Source: the human T2T-CHM13v2.0 reference genome, Homo sapiens. Taken from it: 64,000 nt of DNA. The position numbers and the translations under genes are program-made. How positions within the stretch are numbered: position 1 is the first letter of the stretch; the number at the start of each line of letters is the position of its first letter. Location: the NCBI RefSeq assembly GCF_009914755.1, contig NC_060946.1. The stretch is one strand, 5' to 3'. This document shows positions 53,201 to 64,000 of the stretch, piece by piece. Below the pieces are notes generated by a model. That model ran no database searches. It was not told where the DNA came from and saw only the letters and a program-made list of their open reading frames with translations.

Positions 53201-56200
53201 CGAAGTTCCTCAGAATGCTTCTGTCTAGTTTAAATGTGAAGATATTTCTTTTTCACCATAGACCTCAAAGGGCTCAGAATTAGACCTTTGCAGATTGCAG
53301 AGAAAGACTGTCTCTAAACTGCTCAAATAAAATAAAGTTTCAACACGGTGAGATGAATGCACACATCACAAAGAAGTTCCTCAGAAAGCTTCTGTCTGGA
53401 TTTTATGTGAAGATATTTCCTTTTTCACCATAGGCCTTACACCGCTCACAAATATCCTTCTGCAGATACTAGAAAAAGACTGTTTCCAAACTGCTCCATC
53501 AAAAGAAAATTTCACCCATCTGAGATGAATGCACACATCATAAAGAAGTTCCTCAGAATTCTTCTGTCTAGTTTTTATGTGAAGATGTTTCCATTTTCAC
53601 CTTAGGCCACAAAGCGCTCCAAACATCCGTTTGCAGATGATACGAAAAGACTGTTTCCAAACTGCTCAATCAAAAGAAATTTTCAACTCTGTGAGATGAG
53701 AGCACACATCACAAAAAAGTTTCTCAGAAATCTTCTGTCTCGCTTTTATCTCAAGATAATTCCTATTTTGCCATAGGAATCAAGGGGCTCACATATATCC
53801 CTTTGCGGATTCTACAAAAGTTCTCTTTACAAACTTCTCAATCAAAAGAAACGTTCAACATTGGGAGATGAATGAACACATCCCAAAGAAGTTTCTCAGG
53901 TTGCTTCTGTCTGGTTGCTATGTGAAGATGTTTCCTTTTTCACCATGGTCTTTAAGCCACTCAAACATACCTGTCTGCAGACTCTACAAAAAGACTGTTT
54001 CCAAACTGGCCCATATAGCATGTTTCAACTATGTGAAATGAATGCACTCATCAAAAAGAAGTTTCTCAGGATTCTCCTGTCTAGTTTTTATGTGAAGATA
54101 TTTCCTTTTTCACCGTAGGCCACAAATTGCTCCAAATATCCATTTGCAGATTCTACAAAAAGAATGTTCCCAAACTGGTCAATCAAAAGAAAGGCGCAAC
54201 TCTGTGAGATGAAAGCACACATCACAAAGAAGTTTCCCGGAAAGCTTCTGTCTACATTTTATGTGAACGTATTTCCTTTGGCACCATTGGCCTTAAACCG
54301 CTCGCAAATATAACTCCAATTAAACGACCTAGAGACTTTCTCCAGATTGCTAAATCAAAAGAAAGGTTCAACTCTGTGAGATGAATACACACATCAAAAA
54401 GAAGTTTCTCAAAATGCTTCTGTCTAGTTTTCATGGGAAGATATTTATTTTTCACCGTTGGCCCCAAACCGCTCAGAAATATCCCTTTGCAGTTTGTAGA
54501 AAAAGACTGCTTCCAAACTGCTCAATGAAAGGAAATGGCCAACTATTAGAGATGAATGGAAATGTCACAAAGAGTTTTCTCAAAAAGCTACTGTGTCGTT
54601 TTCATGTGAAGACATTGCCTTTGGCACCCTAGGCCTTAAAACTCTCTAAATGCACATTCACAGATTCTACAAAAAGACTGATTCCAAACTGCTCAATCAG
54701 AAGAAGGGTTCAATTCCGTGTGACAAACGTGCACATCACCAAGAAATTTGTCAGAAAGCTTCTGTCTACTTTTTATGTGAAGATATTTCATATTTCAACA
54801 AAGGCCATAAAGGGCTCACAAATATCCCTTCGCAGATTCTAAGAAAAGACGTTTTCCAAACTCCTCACTCAAAAGAAAGGTTTAACACTGTGAGATGAAT
54901 GGACACATCACGAAGAAGTTTCTCAGAAAGCTTCTGTCTAGTTTTTCTGTGAAGATATTTCTTTTTCACCATAGGCCTCAAGCAGCTAAGAAATTTCCCT
55001 CTGCAGCTTCTACCAAAGGCTGTTTCCAAACTGCTCAACTGAAAGAAAGGTTGAATTCTGTGACATGAATTCACACATCACAAAGAGGTTTTTCAGAAAT
55101 CTCCTGTCTGGTTTTTAGGTGAAGATACTTCCTTTTTCACCACGGGCCTCAAATATCTCCAAATATCCATTTGCAGATTCTACAGAAAGACTTTCCAAAC
55201 TGCTCCATCAAAAGAAAGGTTCAACACTGTGAGATGAAGGCACACATCACCAAGAAGTTTCTCAGAAACCTTCTGTCTAGTTTTTAGGTGAAGATACTTC
55301 GTATTTCACCACAGGCCATAAAGGGCTCACAAATATCCCTTTGCAGGTTCTACAAAAAGACTGTTTCCAAACTGCCCAATCAAAGGAGAGGTTCAACTCT
55401 GTGACGTGAATGGACACATCACAAAAAATTTCTTAGAATGCTTCCGTCTAGTTCTTATGGGAAGATATTTCTCTTTCACCATAAGCCTCAAACGGATCAG
55501 AATTCTCCCTCTGCAGATTGTACGATAAGCCTCTTTCCAATCTGCTCAATCAAAAGAAAGTTTCCACTCGGTGAGGTGAATGCACACATCGCAAGGGAGT
55601 TTCTCAGAAAGCTTCTGTTTAGTTTTTACGTGAAGATATTTCGTTTTTCACCACGGGCCTCAAAAGCTCTCCAAATATCCATTTGCATATTCTAGAAAAA
55701 GAGTGTTTCCAAACTCCTCAATCAAAGGATAGTTTCAATTCTGTGAGACGAAAGCACACATCACAACGAAGTTTCTTAGAAAGCGTCTGTGAAGTTTTTA
55801 TGTGAAGATACTTCACATTGCATCACAGTACTCAAGGGGCTCAGAAATATCCCCTTGCAGATCCTACAAAAGGACTGTTTCAAAACTGCTCAATCCAAAG
55901 AAAGTTTCAACTATGTGAGACGAATGCACACGTCACGAAGAAGTGCCTCAGAATGCTTCTGTCTAGTTTATATGTGAAGAAGATTCCTATTCCACCATAG
56001 GCAATAAAGGGCTCACAAATATGTTTTGCAGATTCTACAAAAAGACTGTACCCAAACTGCTCAATAAAAAGAAAGTTTTAACTCTGTTAGGTTAATGGAC
56101 ACATCAAAAAGTAGTTTCTCAGAAAACTTCTGTGTAGTTTTTATGTGAAGATATTTCCTTTGTCACCATTGGCCTCAAAGCACTCCTAATATCCATTTAC

Positions 56201-59200
56201 AGATGTCACAGAAAGAGTGTTTCCAAACTGCTCAATCAAAAGAAAGTGTTTAACTCTGTGAGGTGAAAGCACACATCTCAAAGAAGTTTCTCCGAAAGCT
56301 TCGGTCTAGTTTTCATGTGATGATATTTCCAGTCTCACCATAGGCCTCAAAGGGCTAAGAAATATCCCTTTCCAGATTCTAAAAGACCACCATTTCCATA
56401 CTTCTCAATCAAAAGAAAGGTTACATTCTGTGAGGTTAATGCACACATCAGAATGAAGTTTCTCAGAATTCTCCTGTCTAGTTTTCATGGGAAGATATTT
56501 ACTATTTCACTCTAGGCTTCAAATGTCTCAAAAATATCCCTTTGCAGATTCTACAAAAATATGCTTTCCAAAGTGCTGAATTAAAAGAAACCTTCAACTC
56601 TGTCCGATGAATGGAGAGGCATCACAACGAAGTTCCTCAGAATGCTTCTGTCTAGTTTAAATGTGAAGATATTTCTTTTTCACCATAGACCTCAAAGGGC
56701 TCAGAATTAGACCTTTGCAGATTGCAGAGAAAGACTGTCTCTAAACTGCTCAAATAAAATAAAGTTTCAACACGGTGAGATGAATGCACACATCACAAAG
56801 AAGTTCCTCAGAAAGCTTCTGTCTGGTTTTTATGTGAAGATATTTCCTTTTTCACCATAGGCCTTACACCGCTCACAAATATCCTTCTGCAGATACTAGA
56901 AAAAGACTGTTTCCAAACTGCTCCATCAAAAGAAAATTTCACCCATCTGAGATGAATGCACACATCATAAAGAAGTTCCTCAGAATTCTTCTGTCTAGTT
57001 TTTATGTGAAGATGTTTCCATTTTCACCTTAGGCCACAAAGCGCTCCAAACATCCGTTTGCAGATGATACGAAAAGACTGTTTCCAAACTGCTCAATCAA
57101 AAGAAATTTTCAACTCTGTGAGATGAGAGCACACATCACAAAAAAGTTTCTCAGAAATCTTCTGTCTCGCTTTTATCTCAAGATAATTCCTATTTTGCCA
57201 TAGGAATCAAGGGGCTCACATATATCCCTTTGCGGATTCTACAAAAGTTCTCTTTACAAACTTCTCAATCAAAAGAAACGTTCAACATTGGGAGATGAAT
57301 GAACACATCCCAAAGAAGTTTCTCAGGTTGCTTCTGTCTGGTTGCTATGTGAAGATGTTTCCTTTTTCACCGTGGTCTTTAAGCCACTCAAACATACCTG
57401 TCTGCAGACTCTACAAAAAGACTGTTTCCAAACTGGCCCATATAGCATGTTTCAACTATGTGAAATGAATGCACTCATCAAAAAGAAGTTTCTCAGGATT
57501 CTCCTGTCTAGTTTTTATGTGAAGATATTTCCTTTTTCACCGTAGGCCACAAATTGCTCCAAATATCCATTTGCAGATTCTACAAAAAGAATGTTCCCAA
57601 ACTGGTCAATCAAAAGAAAGGCGCAACTCTGTGAGACGAAAGCACACATCACAAAGAAGTTTCCCGGAAAGCTTCTGTCTACATTTTATGTGAACGTATT
57701 TCCTTTGGCACCATAGGCCTTAAACCGCTCGCAAATATAACTCCAATTAAACGACCTAGAGACTTTCTCCAGATTGCTAAATCAAAAGAAAGGTTCAACT
57801 CTGTGAGATGAATACACACATCAAAAAGAAGTTTCTCAAAATGCTTCTGTCTAGTTTTCATGGGAAGATATTTATTTTTCACCGTTGGCCCCAAACCGCT
57901 CAGAAATATCCCTTTGCAGTTTGTAGAAAAAGACTGCTTCCAAACTGCTCAATGAAAGGAAATGGCCAACTATTAGAGATGAATGGAAATGTCACAAAGA
58001 GTTTTCTCAAAAAGCTACTGTGTCGTTTTCATGTGAAGACATTGCCTTTGGCACCCTAGGCCTTAAAACTCTCTAAATGCACATTCACAGATTCTACAAA
58101 AAGACTGATTCCAAACTGCTCAATCAGAAGAAGGGTTCAATTCCGTGTGACAAACGTGCACATCACCAAGAAATTTGTCAGAAAGCTTCTGTCTACTTTT
58201 TATGTGAAGATATTTCATATTTCAACAAAGGCCATAAAGGGCTCACAAATATCCCTTCGCAGATTCTAAGAAAAGACGTTTTCCAAACTCCTCACTCAAA
58301 AGAAAGGTTTAACACTGTGAGATGAATGGACACATCACGAAGAAGTTTCTCAGAAAGCTTCTGTCTAGTTTTTCTGTGAAGATATTTCTTTTTCACCATA
58401 GGCCTCAAGCAGCTAAGAAATTTCCCTCTGCAGCTTCTACCAAAGGCTGTTTCCAAACTGCTCAACTGAAAGAAAGGTTGAATTCTGTGACATGAATTCA
58501 CACATCACAAAGAGGTTTTTCAGAAATCTCCTGTCTGGTTTTTAGGTGAAGATACTTCCTTTTTCACCACGGGCCTCAAATATCTCCAAATATCCATTTG
58601 CAGATTCTACAGAAAGACTTTCCAAACTGCTCCATCAAAAGAAAGGTTCAACACTGTGAGATGAAGGCACACATCACCAAGAAGTTTCTCAGAAACCTTC
58701 TGTCTAGTTTTTAGGTGAAGATACTTCGTATTTCACCACAGGCCATAAAGGGCTCACAAATATCCCTTTGCAGGTTCTACAAAAAGACTGTTTCCAAACT
58801 GCCCAATCAAAGGAGAGGTTCAACTCTGTGACGTGAATGGACACATCACAAAAAATTTCTTAGAATGCTTCCGTCTAGTTCTTATGGGAAGATATTTCTC
58901 TTTCACCATAAGCCTCAAACGGATCAGAATTCTCCCTCTGCAGATTGTACGATAAGCCTCTTTCCAATCTGCTCAATCAAAAGAAAGTTTCCACTCGGTG
59001 AGGTGAATGCACACATCGCAAGGGAGTTTCTCAGAAAGCTTCTGTTTAGTTTTTACGTGAAGATATTTCGTTTTTCACCACGGGCCTCAAAAGCTCTCCA
59101 AATATCCATTTGCATATTCTAGAAAAAGAGTGTTTCCAAACTCCTCAATCAAAGGATAGTTTCAATTCTGTGAGACGAAAGCACACATCACAACGAAGTT

Positions 59201-62200
59201 TCTTAGAAAGCGTCTGTGAAGTTTTTATGTGAAGATACTTCACATTGCATCACAGTACTCAAGGGGCTCAGAAATATCCCCTTGCAGATCCTACAAAAGG
59301 ACTGTTTCAAAACTGCTCAATCCAAAGAAAGTTTCAACTATGTGAGACGAATGCACACGTCACGAAGAAGTGCCTCAGAATGCTTCTGTCTAGTTTATAT
59401 GTGAAGAAGATTCCTATTCCACCATAGGCAATAAAGGGCTCACAAATATGTTTTGCAGATTCTACAAAAAGACTGTATCCAAACTGCTCAATAAAAAGAA
59501 AGTTTTAACTCTGTTAGGTTAATGGACACATCAAAAAGTAGTTTCTCAGAAAACTTCTGTGTAGTTTTTATGTGAAGATATTTCCTTTGTCACCATTGGC
59601 CTCGAAGCACTCCTAATATCCATTTACAGATGTCACAGAAAGAGTGTTTCCAAACTGCTCAATCAAAAGAAAGTGTTTAACTCTGTGAGGTGAAAGCACA
59701 CATCTCAAAGAAGTTTCTCCGAAAGCTTCGGTCTAGTTTTCATGTGATGATATTTCCAGTCTCACCATAGGCCTCAAAGGGCTAAGAAATATCCCTTTCC
59801 AGATTCTAAAAGACCACCATTTCCATACTTCTCAATCAAAAGAAAGGTTACATTCTGTGAGGTTAATGCACACATCAGAATGAAGTTTCTCAGAATTCTC
59901 CTGTCTAGTTTTCATGGGAAGATATTTACTATTTCACTCTAGGCTTCAAATGTCTCAAAAATATCCCTTTGCAGATTCTACAAAAATATGCTTTCCAAAG
60001 TGCTGAATTAAAAGAAACCTTCAACTCTGTCCGATGAATGGAGAGGCATCACAACGAAGTTCCTCAGAATGCTTCTGTCTAGTTTAAATGTGAAGATATT
60101 TCTTTTTCACCATAGACCTCAAAGGGCTCAGAATTAGACCTTTGCAGATTGCAGAGAAAGACTGTCTCTAAACTGCTCAAATAAAATAAAGTTTCAACAC
60201 GGTGAGATGAATGCACACATCACAAAGAAGTTCCTCAGAAAGCTTCTGTCTGGTTTTTATGTGAAGATATTTCCTTTTTCACCATAGGCCTTACACCGCT
60301 CACAAATATCCTTCTGCAGATACTAGAAAAAGACTGTTTCCAAACTGCTCCATCAAAAGAAAATTTCACCCATCTGAGATGAATGCACACATCATAAAGA
60401 AGTTCCTCAGAATTCTTCTGTCTAGTTTTTATGTGAAGATGTTTCCATTTTCACCTTAGGCCACAAAGCGCTCCAAACATCCGTTTGCAGATGATACGAA
60501 AAGACTGTTTCCAAACTGCTCAATCAAAAGAAATTTTCAACTCTGTGAGATGAGAGCACACATCACAAAAAAGTTTCTCAGAAATCTTCTGTCTCGCTTT
60601 TATCTCAAGATAATTCCTATTTTGCCATAGGAATCAAGGGGCTCACATATATCCCTTTGCGGATTCTACAAAAGTTCTCTTTACAAACTTCTCAATCAAA
60701 AGAAACGTTCAACATTGGGAGATGAATGAACACATCCCAAAGAAGTTTCTCAGGTTGCTTCTGTCTGGTTGCTATGTGAAGATGTTTCCTTTTTCACCAT
60801 GGTCTTTAAGCCACTCAAACATACCTGTCTGCAGACTCTACAAAAAGACTGTTTCCAAACTGGCCCATATAGCATGTTTCAACTATGTGAAATGAATGCA
60901 CTCATCAAAAAGAAGTTTCTCAGGATTCTCCTGTCTAGTTTTTATGTGAAGATATTTCCTTTTTCACCGTAGGCCACAAATTGCTCCAAATATCCATTTG
61001 CAGATTCTACAAAAAGAATGTTCCCAAACTGGTCAATCAAAAGAAAGGCGCAACTCTGTGAGACGAAAGCACACATCACAAAGAAGTTTCCCGGAAAGCT
61101 TCTGTCTACATTTTATGTGAACGTATTTCCTTTGGCACCATAGGCCTTAAACCGCTCGCAAATATAACTCCAATTAAACGACCTAGAGACTTTCTCCAGA
61201 TTGCTAAATCAAAAGAAAGCTTCAACTCTGTGAGATGAATACACACATCAAAAAGAAGTTTCTCAAAATGCTTCTGTCTAGTTTTCATGGGAAGATATTT
61301 ATTTTTCACCGTTGGCCCCAAACCGCTCAGAAATATCCCTTTGCAGTTTGTAGAAAAAGACTGCTTCCAAACTGCTCAATGAAAGGAAATGGCCAACTAT
61401 TAGAGATGAATGGAAATGTCACAAAGAGTTTTCTCAAAAAGCTACTGTGTCGTTTTCATGTGAAGACATTGCCTTTGGCACCCTAGGCCTTAAAACTCTC
61501 TAAATGCACATTCACAGATTCTACAAAAAGACTGATTCCAAACTGCTCAATCAGAAGAAGGGTTCAATTCCGTGTGACAAACGTGCACATCACCAAGAAA
61601 TTTGTCAGAAAGCTTCTGTCTACTTTTTATGTGAAGATATTTCATATTTCAACAAAGGCCATAAAGGGCTCACAAATATCCCTTCGCAGATTCTAAGAAA
61701 AGACGTTTTCCAAACTCCTCACTCAAAAGAAAGGTTTAACACTGTGAGATGAATGGACACATCACGAAGAAGTTTCTCAGAAAGCTTCTGTCTAGTTTTT
61801 CTGTGAAGATATTTCTTTTTCACCATAGGCCTCAAGCAGCTAAGAAATTTCCCTCTGCAGCTTCTACCAAAGGCTGTTTCCAAACTGCTCAACTGAAAGA
61901 AAGGTTGAATTCTGTGACATGAATTCACACATCACAAAGAGGTTTTTCAGAAATCTCCTGTCTGGTTTTTAGGTGAAGATACTTCCTTTTTCACCACGGG
62001 CCTCAAATATCTCCAAATATCCATTTGCAGATTCTACAGAAAGACTTTCCAAACTGCTCCATCAAAAGAAAGGTTCAACACTGTGAGATGAAGGCACACA
62101 TCACCAAGAAGTTTCTCAGAAACCTTCTGTCTAGTTTTTAGGTGAAGATACTTCGTATTTCACCACAGGCCATAAAGGGCTCACAAATATCCCTTTGCAG

Positions 62201-64000
62201 GTTCTACAAAAAGACTGTTTCCAAACTGCCCAATCAAAGGAGAGGTTCAACTCTGTGACGTGAATGGACACATCACAAAAAATTTCTTAGAATGCTTCCG
62301 TCTAGTTCTTATGGGAAGATATTTCTCTTTCACCATAAGCCTCAAACGGATCAGAATTCTCCCTCTGCAGATTGTACGATAAGCCTCTTTCCAATCTGCT
62401 CAATCAAAAGAAAGTTTCCACTCGGTGAGGTGAATGCACACATCGCAAGGGAGTTTCTCAGAAAGCTTCTGTTTAGTTTTTACGTGAAGATATTTCGTTT
62501 TTCACCACGGGCCTCAAAAGCTCTCCAAATATCCATTTGCATATTCTAGAAAAAGAGTGTTTCCAAACTCCTCAATCAAAGGATAGTTTCAATTCTGTGA
62601 GACGAAAGCACACATCACAACGAAGTTTCTTAGAAAGCGTCTGTGAAGTTTTTATGTGAAGATACTTCACATTGCATCACAGTACTCAAGGGGCTCAGAA
62701 ATATCCCCTTGCAGATCCTACAAAAGGACTGTTTCAAAACTGCTCAATCCAAAGAAAGTTTCAACTATGTGAGACGAATGCACACGTCACGAAGAAGTGC
62801 CTCAGAATGCTTCTGTCTAGTTTATATGTGAAGAAGATTCCTATTCCACCATAGGCAATAAAGGGCTCACAAATATGTTTTGCAGATTCTACAAAAAGAC
62901 TGTACCCAAACTGCTCAATAAAAAGAAAGTTTTAACTCTGTTAGGTTAATGGACACATCAAAAAGTAGTTTCTCAGAAAACTTCTGTGTAGTTTTTATGT
63001 GAAGATATTTCCTTTGTCACCATTGGCCTCAAAGCACTCCTAATATCCATTTACAGATGTCACAGAAAGAGTGTTTCCAAACTGCTCAATCAAAAGAAAG
63101 TGATTAACTCTGTGAGGTGAAAGCACACATCTCAAAGAAGTTTCTCCGAAAGCTTCGGTCTAGTTTTCATGTGATGATATTTCCAGTCTCACCATAGGCC
63201 TCAAAGGGCTAAGAAATATCCCTTTCCAGATTCTAAAAGACCACCATTTCCATACTTCTCAATCAAAAGAAAGGTTACATTCTGTGAGGTTAATGCACAC
63301 ATCAGAATGAAGTTTCTCAGAATTCTCCTGTCTAGTTTTCATGGGAAGATATTTACTATTTCACTCTAGGCTTCAAATGTCTCAAAAATATCCCTTTGCA
63401 GATTCTACAAAAATATGCTTTCCAAAGTGCTGAATTAAAAGAAACCTTCAACTCTGTCCGATGAATGGAGAGGCATCACAACGAAGTTCCTCAGAATGCT
63501 TCTGTCTAGTTTAAATGTGAAGATATTTCTTTTTCACCATAGACCTCAAAGGGCTCAGAATTAGACCTTTGCAGATTGCAGAGAAAGACTGTCTCTAAAC
63601 TGCTCAAATAAAATAAAGTTTCAACACGGTGAGATGAATGCACACATCACAAAGAAGTTCCTCAGAAAGCTTCTGTCTGGTTTTTATGTGAAGATATTTC
63701 CTTTTTCACCATAGGCCTTACACTGCTCACAAATATCCTTCTGCAGATACTAGAAAAAGACTGTTTCCAAACTGCTCCATCAAAAGAAAATTTCACCCAT
63801 CTGAGATGAATGCACACATCATAAAGAAGTTCCTCAGAATTCTTCTGTCTAGTTTTTATGTGAAGATGTTTCCATTTTCACCTTAGGCCACAAAGCGCTC
63901 CAAACATCCGTTTGCAGATGATACGAAAAGACTGTTTCCAAACTGCTCAATCAAAAGAAATTTTCAACTCTGTGAGATGAGAGCACACATCACAAAAAAG
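44200..64000. repeat. Homogeneous 20-mer HOR block, haplotype A (right), ~5.8 copies; first copy atypical
   Basis: The 3427-bp period resumes (45537, 48964, 52391, 55818, 59245, 62672) with the same diagnostic alleles as the left block. Confidence 0.95.

Larger units (their letters stand above)
1..64000 (-). repeat. Alpha satellite (alphoid) array, ~171-bp monomers, uninterrupted; + strand is the reverse complement of the conventional CATTCTCAGAAACTTCTTTGTGATG consensus
   Basis: Motifs such as CACATCACAAAGAAGTTTCTCAGAA.GCTTCTGTCTAGTTTTTATGTGAAGATATTTCC and TTTCCAAACTGCTCAATCAAAAGAAAGGTTCAACTCTGTGAGATGAATG recur every ~171 bp from first to last base and match the known primate alpha satellite consensus. 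Confidence 0.99.
1..64000. other. Family assignment: all-A-type, SF4-like 20-mer HOR; a known human candidate is the chr15 SF4 20-mer (S4C15H3), with acrocentric SF4/SF6 20-mers or an ape orthologue as alternatives
   Basis: No CENP-B box seen, no dimeric or pentameric A/B substructure apparent, 20-mer period. The chromosome and species suggestion is from recall of published HOR catalogues and was not verified by alignment. Confidence 0.5.

Noticed and set aside
52-62854. Roughly 150 short ORFs (60-89 aa), many identical
   Set aside because: They recur at the HOR period, overlap in different frames and strands, and are translations of alphoid consensus (e.g. 'HITKKFLRKLLSSFYVKIF'). They appear and vanish with single SNPs or indels, and I recognise no domain or gene context.
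1-64000. CRISPR-like or other prokaryotic repeat-spacer system
   Set aside because: There are no unique spacers or cas-like ORFs. Conserved and variable segments are parts of homologous 171-bp monomers.
1-64000. Definite species or chromosome assignment and active-centromere status
   Set aside because: These need alignment or HMM classification and chromatin data. Several SF4-like 20-mer HORs exist, so only a tentative candidate is given.

Overview
The whole window is primate centromeric/pericentromeric alpha satellite. It consists of ~171-bp monomers organised as a 20-monomer higher-order repeat (HOR), about 18.7 head-to-tail copies, all in one orientation. I saw no transposon, inversion or unique sequence, and no credible gene; the listed ORFs are stop-free stretches that recur with the HOR period. 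Monomers carry A-type (pJ-alpha) boxes and I found no CENP-B box, which fits an SF4-like (Ga-monomer) array rather than a typical CENP-B-box-rich active human array. The array is not uniform. A highly homogeneous 3427-bp HOR haplotype ('A', 1-~21800 and ~44200-64000) encloses a ~22.4-kb in-register island of a distinct, more heterogeneous 3425-bp haplotype ('B', ~21800-44200). The main points of interest are the two chimeric junctions, a transitional 'proto-A' copy at the right edge, a <=51-bp A-type patch inside a B copy, local tandem expansions in both haplotypes, and largely non-overlapping CpG maps. I see no evidence for a new gene-encoded system; what the window records is satellite recombination and turnover.
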